Source of the DNA: Selaginella moellendorffii
Lineage: Eukaryota > Plantae > Lycopodiophyta
NCBI RefSeq assembly: GCF_000143415.4
Contig: NW_003314302.1
Span: forward strand, 1,119,820-1,183,819
Direction of reading: 5' to 3'
Length of the DNA stretch: 64,000 nucleotides
Shown: in pieces, positions 23,305-35,819 of the stretch
Layout: each line of letters begins with the position of its first letter
How positions within the stretch are numbered: position 1 is the first letter of the stretch
The notes under the pieces: model-generated
What the model was told of the DNA's origin: nothing
What the model saw: the letters and a program-made list of their open reading frames with translations, nothing else
The model's database searches: none
Made by a program: the position numbers and the translations under genes

Positions 23305-24838
23305 CCTTTAAGAAAGACATACTCTTTAACTTAATATTGACATGTTGGGTATGTAAGATTTTCTAGTATATTCAATATTGTATATTATATAAAACAAATG
23401 TGAATCATATAATGATTTGGCTAGTATTTGCAGCTGTTATAATCACTTTTTAGTTTAGAGAGAAACATTCTTTAAAATGAATTCAGCTTGTTATTCTCAA
23501 GCCATATGAGCTTTTGATGATGGTAGGTATCTAAAAGCATTATAGCTTGAGGGAGCATTTTTTTTTCACTTTGCATTTTAAAAATAAACCTTTAAAACAT
23601 AATTGAATTCTTGTCATATAATTGGATAAGGGATTTTTATCTTGTGAATGTATTATTTATATTATATATTGCTAAGGATAATATGGATTAAAAATATTTG
23701 AACATATTTACCCCCAGCAGAAGTGTGATTTGCTAGTCTTTTTAAAACTATTTTATTATAAATTACGTCATTTAGAACACCATGTCAGTGTAAGTAAGTT
23801 TTTTTTTGACAAAAGATTTAGTCACAATAATGCATTTAATTAGAGTGTACTTAATTAGAGAGGAACATAATATTTGTGCAAATCTTAAACCTCATAACCT
23901 TGTAGCCTAGGTCCGTTTAATCAAGCAAGGAGCATTTAGATAAATCACATACCTTAAGATTGCCCAAGTGATTTATCTTAAACCAATAGATGAATTCTTG
24001 TCAAATATTAATCTTAATACCTATACATCAACAATTTATAATTTTTATGAAGACAAACTCAACTTCATTAATAATATAAGACCATAAGTATTTATATAGT
24101 GAAACACTAACATAACTATACACCTTTGTGATATATGCATATTAGAAAAATAACTATAGATGATAAACATTTTCAAAAGTGTGATATATCCCCAAATGAG
24201 GTCAAAACATGGAATGTCTTAACCATAAATGCAAAAATATTATATAAGAGAATCATCTTTAGACAAAAATGCTAAAATACCATTTGATTAAGGATAAAGT
24301 ATTTAATAACAATTGCAAACACATTAACAACTTCCATTTAATGAATTAGATAGTTGGAAACAATGCTAACATACTCATTCCCCGCAATTGACCAAAAAAA
24401 GGCCCCATCAAATTAAATGCCATTAAATTAAATAGATAAAAAATTGCAATTGACTCTAACCATCCTTTCATAGTATGAAAAGGAGTATTATAAGTTTGGC
24501 ACCACATACAACTATACACATATCATATAATATCTTGTCATATCTTTAGCTAATAAAAAAACCTTTTTAATAGAAGAACTTCTCAATCACACAATAATGT
24601 ATATATGTCTGTCTAAAATAAAAGAGTTATGGTAAGTGTGGAAGCTATAGAAGTGAAGGCACCACTAATTGTAAATAATCATCTAGATTAGTCTTTACAA
24701 AATAAAGAAAGTTGTCCCTAAGATAATATTAATAATGTAAATGCCAAAATGACAAATCATTAGTAAGTGATACAAAATTCTTAAAGCCCTCACAAAACTT
24801 TTGGATCCATAGGTTAACCCTTTGACTTCTTAAACATT

Positions 24839-25032
24839 TGTAAGCTTCTGAGTTTAGACTTCTCGGGAGGTCACTTAACCAAGTACTATTCAAATTTAAG
24901 GACACTTAACCCCAAGTATCCCAAAACTTTTAACCGATTGGAAAAAAGGGTACACTTTTATTTATAGGCCCTTTCCCTTTATATTTGAACCCCATGGACC
25001 ATCTTTTGAGTTGTTCCCTTTGGTTACTTACA
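24839..25032 (-). mobile_element. Cassandra-type solo LTR with 5S rRNA core (copy 2)
   Basis: 194 bp, TGTAAG...CTTACA ends, flanks ACATT/ACATC; reverse-complement homologue of 38502-38695. Confidence 0.85.
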
Positions 25033-25801
25033 ACATCATCCAAAAGAGATAAATCTAATGTGAATTTTAAACATTGAGCATAACAACTACTATATGCTCA
25101 TCTAGAAAATGAGCTCTTTAGGAATAAAAGAAGAGAGAAAAGGGAAAGAAACTTGAAATAAAGTATCAATATCAACTATTGAACTTCCAAGGCAATGAAT
25201 AACTTTGAAATTATAGATTTAAAACTTTAATGCCCACTGAACAATATAGTTAATTAAGTTCTTTTATTTCAGTAATGAAGGACTACAATATGATTGCCCT
25301 TTAGTAGAGTTTGAGAATGATGCAAGTATATATAAAACTTTTAAAACCTCAAACCACTACTAAATACTTATTCTCTATTATGGAGTAGTTCATCTCAATT
25401 AGTTACAAAGTGCAATTGATATATGTTACAGGATGACACTAGTTAGGGATGCTCATACTCTCTTGCATTAACATGCCCCTAAGATTGATATCATAAGCAT
25501 TTATGAGAAAGGTAAATCATCAAGTGTCAAAATATGTTAAAACTAAAGAAGTTGTTAACACTTCATTACAATTCTCAGACAAAAAAAAAAATTATGGGCA
25601 ACTTCAACAATACTAATAATAGTGCAATTTGATTAGAAATATAATCAATAAAATGTATAAAATATTGCAGCTTATTAAGGATGTGTTGCACATTATTTAT
25701 ACACATTAGTGTAAGAAACTTTAGAACAGCCATAAATTTGTCAAAATCAATTTAAAAAACCTTATAAAAAATGCAATACCCAAGATTAGTAGTATGTTTA
25801 G

Positions 25802-25930
25802 TATAAGCAACAAAAACAAAGTTGAAAGATATAAAGAAAAAGAGCCCATAAATAAAAGTACCTTTTTTTTCAATTGGTTAAAAGGTTGAATAGTATTAGG
25901 TTGGTGACCTCTTGAGAAGCCTAAATTTGG
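25802..25930 (+). mobile_element. Degenerate, internally deleted Cassandra-type LTR (copy 3)
   Basis: GAGCCCATAAATAAAAGTACC...CAATTGGTTAAAAG...GAATAGTATTAGGTTGGTGACCTCTTGAGAAGCCTAAA matches the other two copies. Confidence 0.65.
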
Positions 25931-26002
25931 TCTTAGAGGATCTCAGATTTGAATCACACCATATGTTAAGCCATTCAAACTAAATGGAATTATTAAGATA
26001 CA

Positions 26003-26034
<32 letters not shown>

Positions 26035-27559
26035 TAGTATATAGTAATATCATATATAGGATCCAAATTTATTGAACTAATGATTTTGTCTTAGACAATC
26101 TAAAAGATAGTGTAAGGAAGAGGAGATATATCCAAAATACTCACCTATCATGTTTTGTCACAAGATAAAGTTCACATACCTAAGAACCCCAAGATTTTAT
26201 ATATGACCTTTTTCTAACATTTCATTAACATTCATTTATAAGCTCTTAATCTTCTTTGCTGATCAATACTAAATAAAAAACTTAATTAAACAAGTATCCC
26301 TAGTTGGAATAGAATGATATATTGTAATTTTAACCCTAAAATATGTCAAAGCTAGTATATACCTTTTTTAGCTCATAACATAAAGACCATTTAAGGGATC
26401 CAAAAAAAGAATAAAAGAGCAAGAAAAAACATAAAAGATAGTAATGCTAAGACTAAAGTGATAGAAGTAAAAATAAAAGTAAAGGGATAAAGTGGAATAA
26501 AAATGAAAAGAATAAAAAAGACATGAAGGAATATGAAACAAAAAGGAGAAATATTAAAGTTAAGCTTGATATGAGTGCACTACAATCAATCCATATAAAA
26601 AATGCTATAATAATTTGAGCTCAACTTTATGATCACTCACACATACAATTAAGTTTGCCCCATCCCACACACCATACATATGTATATTTATAATTGTTAC
26701 TATAAAGAATGAAAATTGACTTTACCATACAAGGTAAATATAAATGGCAATATGTGGTAAAAAGTTGAGTAATAGAAAATAAACCAAAACCTTTATTGAC
26801 CAATACAAAAAAGATAATAAGGATATTTTATTAAAAAAAAAAACTTACAAAGTGAATACTAGATGAACTGGTGCCAAATACACCCTTGATAGTACTCTTG
26901 AAAGGATGGAAGAGTAACTAACTTATTTATATAAGGACCTTGTATTACTTATATAATTCTTATTTTCTCAAAAGAATTTCTATACTAAGACCTTTCACAA
27001 CAACAACACTGATAGGATGTTATTGATACAAAAACTTTTACCTAAGAAATGAAAGATGCCAATATGGAAAATGTTAATATGTGTGGTCACTTTATCCTAT
27101 GCCTAATAATGAACATAATGATCACAACCACATCCTTGTCTTTGTGCTTGAATATAGTAGTAACAATGTCAACCTCCATTAAAATAGGATTATCCCCTTT
27201 AGAAAGTGGAATTTAACCATATATAACTAGGTGATATTTATAGTGTTTATTAGTTAAAAAGCATTAGTTGGGGTAAGTGCATGCAGAAGCCTTGCAAAAC
27301 TTTGATAAAGTGTTAGCCACAACATCCCAACTTTATTTTATTTGATATATTTGACTTTGCACAAAGCATAAATCTTTAAAAATAAACACTAAATTACATA
27401 ATTAACTTAGATAACACTTGACGAAGACAATGCAATTGTTAAAAGGCACTGTTATAATCATCACCATATTTAAATGCACATTTAAAAATGTTTATACATG
27501 ATTGGTTACACTAAAACCATTGTACTATTATAATGCCATCCTTTGATGACAAGTGATGC

Positions 27560-27839
27560 TTTATTTCGTTAAAGTGGGATTTTTCATTATCCCACTTATG
27601 GTGTGTGGCCACATGCCATTTTTATAACAACAATAAAAAATTGAAGTTTTAACTTTATAATTTATAAATTAAAAACTTTTCATATGATTTTGTGTTATAA
27701 TATTGTGAAATATAAAAAAATAAATTAAAAAACTGATAGAAATATTAATAAATATTAATTAAGTACTAGGAAATGGCATGTGGACACATGCTAATTAATG
27801 TCCCACTATACTGAATAAGTCCCACTTTAACGAAATAAA
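27560..27839. mobile_element. MITE-like foldback element
   Basis: Perfect 20-bp inverted repeat TTTATTTCGTTAAAGTGGGA / TCCCACTTTAACGAAATAAA, plus inner IR CCACATGCCATTT / AAATGGCATGTGG around an AT-rich core. Confidence 0.75.
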
Positions 27840-29599
27840 ACATAGTGGGACAAACATCAAATATCATCCTAAGAATGACTAGTGGCAATCACTGTAAAAT
27901 GATTAAACTAATGGTTCATATCATCTTTAAAATTCCTACAAAAAAAATTCCAGTTGGACACAAAATATTGGCAACAAGGAGGAGCCACACCACACACAAT
28001 TAATGTTGATACTAATTAAGTTTGATCATTTAATTATACATATATAATATCAACCAATTGCATCAACTAATGCTTTAGAGTTATGGGGAGGAGGTTAGAG
28101 TATGCTACTCTACCATAAAAATAAACTAGAATAAAATGGAAGAAATGAAAAAGTTATGAAAACAAAATGTAAAAGTTATATTTAAACAAAAACCACAAGT
28201 CCAAGCACTCCTTAGGGACACTTTTCACCTTCACCAATGTGAGTGTATGGAATATAAACCCTGAAAGTTTACTTTATGTTAATGATAAGAAACTTTTATA
28301 TTCAAAAGAATTTTATTAATCCTTACATATATTTATAAAAATATAAAATATACTCTTTAATACCAACAAGAGTATACCAAAGGTAATAAATGACCTTTTG
28401 AATTCTCACCCACTTTAATTTAGTGAATTTCCCAAAAATATAGAAATGTGTATATTCAATTAGCACAAAACCTTAGTTTACAAGAGTGAGTAGTTCAGAT
28501 TTAATAATTACCAAATCCCACTGTGCTAATAATAGTATACAATATCATAGTTGTACACCTAGACTTCACAATTTTTATTTTAGTTTTTAATTATAAACTT
28601 TTTTACTGCCTCTATTTTTATATAATATAGATGGACTAGATTCAATTTTTGATAGATTAGATTCAATCCAATCCATGTGCTACACTACTGATATAATTAG
28701 CAGAGTAAATTTAAAGATAAATAGATATATGTATATATTTAAGAACTTTATATCCCCTATAAAATATAAAAACTAATAATAGTAGGTAATTATTTATTTA
28801 CATCTAACTACTTAGATTAAACCATTTTTCAGTGATACTGTTTTTATTTAATTTAAAATTAAAGGTTTTTTCTTTTAAGGAGGATATAATAAATAAGTCT
28901 GGATATAGTGATATATTTTACCATATCTAGCTGTTTAAATAAATCTTCATAGTAGTGTTATTTATTCTTGTTTTTGTATTATTTACAAATTGATCAATGT
29001 CTAATTATTTTAAAAAATCTAAAATTGTTTCTAAACAATAAGTTGATGTGAAGCTAGATAAGTATTCATCATACATTTATGGATATAAAAAACCCATATT
29101 TTTCTTCAATGATTATATGCTAGAATAAAGTTTGGTGAGAGTTCCAAATTTGCATTTTACTAATGACTTTATATTATAAAAGTCAGTATAACTACATCTA
29201 TCTGAATAACTAAATAGCTTTTATGTAGTAACTATGTTGTGAGTGTTCATGATAAAATTCTATTCTTTCATAGTTTAAATTTTAGAGTATCATAAAACTC
29301 TATCTTAAGCACAAAAATGTGCCTTATCATGTTTAGGTTGTTATTATAATTATATAAATGTGTATAATTGACTAATCTTATTATGTAAAATAAACTAGAA
29401 TATACTATTAGATAAATTAAAAATAATTTTTTAAATAAATTATAAATTATAAATACAAGATGAATAAAAAATTAGATTGTAGAATATCCTAGAATCTTTT
29501 TCCTAGATTGCTAGGGATGCTTTTGTTCTAAGACACTTTAGTCTTTTTTGTTCTTGAAGGCCTAACAAGACCATGAAGACAATCTCCATCAATTAATTC

Positions 29600-30380
29600 C
29601 ATGATACAATTTGTGATTTAAATGTTACATCTATATAAACTTGGCTACAAAGTGGACAACATTTTAGGAGTGAGAACTAAACTAATTAAGTGGTTGCATG
29701 GACAGTCTTTGCACTAAAGATGACAAAAGAGTTATGGTATTAGCATCTAATAGCTCATGTGTGATGAAGCACTTTTTCAACATCTCTTCAAAGGTCTAAA
29801 GTACAGCATATCTAACCTTTGAAAAAGGTTTGAGCTCCTTAAGGTTTTGTTGTAAGGCAAGAATTAGTTTTGCATTGAGAGCAATACAAAATCTAATATC
29901 TAACCATCAATCCAAGCTATGAGCTATAAGTCTATAATGGCAAATAAAAAAATCAATCTGGACAACGTGACCTTTGGACAAGGTTCATGAGGCTTATAAT
30001 GTTGAGTGTGGACTTAGTGATGATACAACTGACTGTATATTCCTTGTGTAAAACATTCACAAAGAGTTAAATTTTACTAATATGGACATTTCTAATATAA
30101 CTAATTCACAAAGAAAATTGCCCAATACCTACATTTTGAGATTGTAGTACTAGTTTTTGTTAGCATTCACTAGAGACCAAACCACTCAACTCAACTTCTC
30201 GCTGTGGAAAATCAATTCTTAGATCTTTGACAACCACTAGGACTACCTACCCTTGCCCTCTGCCTCGTCCTACAACCTCCTCTCTCCTGTAGCCATGTCC
30301 AAGCATCAAGGACTTTTTATTTATAAAGCCAAATTTATGAGAAAACTAGAACAAGGAGGGAGATTTACTAAAGCACTTCA
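29600..30380 (+). mobile_element. Highly decayed Ty1/copia-like remnant
   Basis: Weak motif traces: ELWY.HL.AH (GAG-pre-integrase-like) at about 29730 and FTKAL (RNase H end-like) at about 30364. Confidence 0.35.
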
Positions 30381-30899
30381 TTTCTTGGTTGATCACCTAG
30401 TTCAAGCAAAGTGAGTGATTGAGTAAGGCTTTCTCTACCTATATTCATATTTTTGCCTTTTTCTGCAAAACAGTAACAAATAAACAAAGACAAAAATGTA
30501 GGAGAAGAGAAGAAGAAGAAGAAGAATGAGAAGACAATAGAATAGAACTTAGCCTCAAACTTTAATGCATGAGTAAGGATAAACATATGTTATTCTTTGA
30601 ACTCTACTTTACACAAATAGTCATGGGTGAGAGAAAAAATGGTTAATTCAATGTAAATGTATATAACAGTGAGTGGAGGTTGTTTTTCAGCATGTCTAAG
30701 TGTTATTTATATACTACATGATTTTATAATTGTTCCTAACTGTTTTTCGCCTAAGTCAAGTTTTTCTTCTTTAGATGCCTAACCTTAGGCTTAACTTCAT
30801 TTCACCTAAGATTTCTTCTTTTGTTCTGCCTAGGAAGATATACAAGATAAAACATTTACTTTTTCATCACTCCCTTATGACAAAGTTACTACCTATCCT

Positions 30900-33035
30900 C
30901 AGGCAGTCAAATTCTCTAAATCTTGCTCTAGGTTGCTAAGCTTGGTCTTCATAGTGACAAGCTTGACACTTCAGCATAGATCATCGAGTTTCTAATACAT
31001 GATCTAATTCTCTTGGTTGAGCATGGCAATATACAAATTCTAACAGCTAATGCACTTTGCATCAATGGATGTAAAAGTTGGGATTGTGCTCTTAAGCTCT
31101 TGGATTATGTGGTGTTGATGATTTTACTTGCCTATGACTCCATCCACTTTTTTAGTGATTGTTTTGAGGTAGTTCAAGACTTGTGTGTGGTACTTTGTAG
31201 TTTCCTCATCTTTTACTGGCTGCATCAATTCATCAACTGGCTGCATCAATTCATCAACTAGCTGTTTACCTCTCTTGATGTGTTGAGCAAACTCCTCTAT
31301 AAAGCTTTGGACTGCTTGCTTGCTAGGTTGACTCGTGGACTTGTGTGTGAAGGTGTGGCTAGCCTTGACCTTATAGTGCTGCTACAGTTGTGGCTGCCTC
31401 ATCTCGCTAAACGTGTTGGTCGAGGGTGTGTGGCTATTAGATGCCTAGGTGGATTGGAGAAAACTTAACTTATACTCCTCAGGTTCACTTAGACCCTCTT
31501 TTGTAACCTCATCCTCTTTGTCTTATTGAGTTTTTTAGTTGTGATCTTCTTGGCCTAAACTCACTTTATTGGCGGTATCTACAGCCAATGATTTTGTCTA
31601 TAGGCACATCATGTATTGGACCTTATGACCTAAGTTTTTGAATTTCTTCCACAACTTCGGCATCCATCATTTACCTAGTGTTGTCCATTTGTGTACTCGT
31701 CACTTCTTTGATGCTTTGAGAGATTTGTATTGGCATCGGAGTTGTCTTTGCAGACATAGACAAATCATGACTTTGTTCCTAATCCAGACATAGTGTTTTA
31801 TCACCTTGTTGTGTCTATCTTTTCTGCAACACACTTGGCCACTAGATTTTTGTGGAATGAACTCTAAATGTCTTGCAGTTTGGATTTTAAAATTTAGGCA
31901 GAGTTTCTTTTTGAGGGGAGAATTTTCCTCGCTTGAATCTATATGTCAGGATTCTCTTTCACTTCCACATCCCTCACTATCTCCCTCGGAGGAGATATTG
32001 GAGGTGGTGGCTCAATGACAAGGTGAGGTGAAGGATTTTCTTGAGTGGTGTAATGCTTGTAGATGCGCTGCAAAAAAATGAAGACTCTTGTCTTCACTTG
32101 CTTTCCCTTGCTTACTTGTAAGGTAATATTCTTCATTTTAGCCACAAATCCATTATAAGTGAAATGGGCTATGTTTATTTGCCATCTAGTTTTGATATCC
32201 TCCAATAGACAGGCTATCTTGATGCTAACATTTTGCGCAACTATCCTCCCATCAATGATGGCATATAACAACTTAAGCCTAGCATGATAGTCAGGCTTCA
32301 AATTGGTGAAATTGCCTCTTTGTCCATATGTGTAGTTTGGGAGGATATATTATTTGGGCATGTGATCCTTCTTGCTCATCGTGATTATTTCACCTTTGTT
32401 ATCTAGGTGAAAAATCTAAGCAAATTGGGTGAGTCCAAAGGGATAGACTCGCCCACAGAAAAGAAAAACATGTCCTTTGGGTACCACTTCTGCATAAACT
32501 TGATCCTTTGTTTGATCAATATTTCTCCTTCAAGCAGTTCTACATAGGCAAGTAATGCAAAGGCATTAAGCCAAAATTTGTCATAGGGAGAAAGCATAAG
32601 CTCCCTAGATAGCTTTACTTGGCTATAATTTGGCTTCTTGTCACCAGACAAGATTTCTTCCATATACTCATCTTGCCTATGCATTTTTGCCATCTATAGA
32701 GATTTGTAGGCAAAACACTTAATATTAAGCAACTGAGAGACATAGTGCGGTGCATACAAAGGTGCCCAAGAGAGATCTTGCATCAACAGTGCAAGAGAGG
32801 AGTTAATTGCTTGTGGCATTAGTGTAAAGAAAAAATCACTCTGCTCAATTAAGAGTGCACTCGACCTAGTAGGCATTGACAATAGCATTTGCTCTTGTAC
32901 AGCCCTAGGTGGCATTTGAGCTGCTGTACATTGGTTTGGAGTTAAGCCTAGAGTGTTAGCGCATCTTGGCAAAGGTGTAGGTATAGAGTGAGTGAGAGGG
33001 AAAAAGTGAAAGAGAAAAAAAAGCTCCCTAGCCAC
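30900..33035 (-). pseudogene. Decayed long ORF of unknown family, probably TE-borne
   Basis: ORFs 33035-32694 and 32693-32403 are in one frame split by a single stop; 32301-31939 continues after a frameshift. No family recognised. Confidence 0.4.
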
Positions 33036-35819
33036 CTCTAAATTACCTAATTATTGCGTTAGCCTTAAGTTTTGTCCTTTTACCTTAATTTACTTTTGCA
33101 TGCAAATATATTGTGGAAAGTTTTTTCCTAGTAATCTCTACTTATTAATCTTCATGGTTTGTTGGCAGAGTTTATAAAATAGGGCAAGAAAAATATAGGC
33201 ATTTGTAGTAGACGTGGTTTTTACCTTTTATCCTATAGTGATTTACCATAGGATAACACCACAAAGTGAAACCTAAACCCTCCATGTGCCACGTGTTATA
33301 TGCCATATGTCACATGCCACATGTCCATAGGATAGTGGTGTGGAATCCAAGGTTCAGGGCCTTGGGCCACTAAATGAAGGAACGGTGCCAAACTTGTAAG
33401 CATGGAGCCAAGGAGTGACCGAATCGGACCACGAAGCAACTCTTGAGCATAAAGCCCAAGGAGCAAAGGGACAGGAGCCCGGAGCGACTTGGAACAGTCC
33501 TAGAGCAATTAACATCCCAATGTCAGGACCAGCATGCAAAACAGAGCCAAATAGAGTCTGGCGCTATTTTGGCATACCAGTGGCCTAACACAAGGATATG
33601 GGCACTCCACCAACTAGCATGATGTGGAGCTTAGGCTTAGACCCAAGCCAGACACAGAACAAGGATAGGCACGCAAACGGGAACTAGACTATGCCTCAAG
33701 TTGGTTGGCCATGCTCAACCTGCCCACTATGCCTACTATACATTTGGAACCCCCTATAACCCCCCCCCCCCCCAACCTCCCTTAATATCAAGAGTTAGTC
33801 TCTGGGACAAGCTTAAAACTTACTAAATATGGAATGGCGCTAGATTGTGAATTTGGACATAGGACAAACATTATTGTGTTCAGAACAATCTCTACATTTT
33901 GTAGATATGCCAAATGAGCAAATCTAGACACTTTCCATAAATAGCATTTGGGACTGAAATGAGACTAACACAAAGGGCATGATAGCAAGGGTGTTTGATC
34001 ATCTAGCGATATTGAGGGATTAATCTCAATACGCAAGGTTCTTGTCAAGCTAGTGCAAGACAAAGCAAAAAAGAACTAACAAGCCGAGCCAAGTATGCTC
34101 AGCTAAATAGACACTTAGGAATTCCTTCCTTATGCTCATCTGGCCAAGTATAGATGCTAAGCCTAGTTTACTAACATTTGAACAAGAGGGAGTGATAAAG
34201 GGTCCAGCAATATCGACCTCCTGCCATCACGGCAGTAAGGAAAGAGTGTCCGTAAAGACTGGATGATAGGTAACTTTCGATACCCAAAGTCACATTCACG
34301 ACACTCTCCCCCCTTAGAGAAGATCGACATCCTCATCGATGCATACTCCAGTCTAGACCATCGCCAAGGAAACAACTCGTGAAAAAGTTCACAGTGACCA
34401 CACTATGTGAGAAATGCACCAACTTAAATGAGTTAGGGGTAACCTCTTTGTCTAACGCGGATGCACTACCAACTCAGACACCTTCTGACTATCGCCGATA
34501 AGGAAATGACCAATGGAGTTAGCCAGCTTTGCTACTCTAGATGTCACCCAGTTTACAAAAGTGTGATACACCCTTGCCCATAGGGATATAGAGAGAGAAG
34601 CTAGAGGCCCCAACCCTCCTGAGCAAAGAAACCAAACCTGTCAATAAGGTTTAGATAGACTACTGTAAATAGGCAGTTAGAGTTGTTTACACGGTCACGC
34701 CCTTTGAACGGAATAAGGAACATCGATAGAAAGGCAGGTTATGTGACCAGTTGACAGTAATTACCCCATGACTAAAGATTTCACCATGCACACGAAGTGC
34801 TGAAGCCAGTTTGCCTATACTGGCCTAAAGTCAAAGATTAATAAATGGACAATATCAAAGTCAGAGACAATGATATCTTAGAGTCTTAATTATCAGTGAA
34901 TATATTTTAGAATAGAACACAAAAGTATTCCAAGTAAATTATTATCCGATAAACTAGTATTATAGTTTAGGAACCACCAAGATCATCATGGTTGGAAAAC
35001 ATAGGATTCACTATCCCACAAAATTCAATAGCACATATACCATCAAGTAAACTCATTGATAAAATTTAACTACCAAAGATTATAGATAATATGCCAAACA
35101 ACTTACAAAAGATAACTCAGAAAACACACAGTATCTTTAACTGACAAGCATAATGCTGGTGAATGTATCACCTGAAGGAAATAACATCCTAATTTATCAG
35201 AACTAACCCGAGCAACAATCAACAGAACAAAATGAATATGGTAAGATTAACAAATACCCATTCATGTCAATTATCACAGAAGCTAATTTAAATAGATCTC
35301 GGTTAACAATACAAAAGTACTCAAGTTGCTTAAGCAAGTGTTAGTAACATCTTATCGATATCTCAAACCCAAGAGACCAATCCAAAGCAAACCACAAAGA
35401 ACATGTGGTATTGCAAAAAGCCATAAGCTATCATAGTGAACAATTAACCATTATGAAAAATCATCAATCATCCCATCAAAAAGAGATATGCAAAACCATC
35501 GTCTAAGAAGGAATCCACCATCCCGAAGAACAGCAAATCATTCTATATCAACAACAATCAAACAAAACTTCTTGATAAATATAATCAACTATCCTAGATG
35601 ATAATCAATCATCACCAATGATTCCTAAATGCAAAAGCCAACTTCAACATCAAAACTAATGAGCCAAAATGTCTTTCCTAACAACTTCTAACAAATGGAA
35701 CAATGAGTATGTAAACTCAAGGAACCAAAAGCTTGAAGAAGTTTATAACTAAGTTTTGCCTAATAAATGATCATGAGTCTCGTTGAAACTAATTTTAATG
35801 CTAAAGAGAAATCATGGTA

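Larger units (their letters stand above)
23885..28570 (-). mobile_element. Heavily decayed Ty3/gypsy copy, same family as the 38.8-43.6 kb element; LTR 28238-28570
   Basis: Colinear similarity by eye: 24330-24510 vs 39690-39875 and 26400-26560 vs 41730-41890. LTR ends TGTGAGTGTATGGAATATA...CACA are shared with 43464-43610. Confidence 0.8.
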
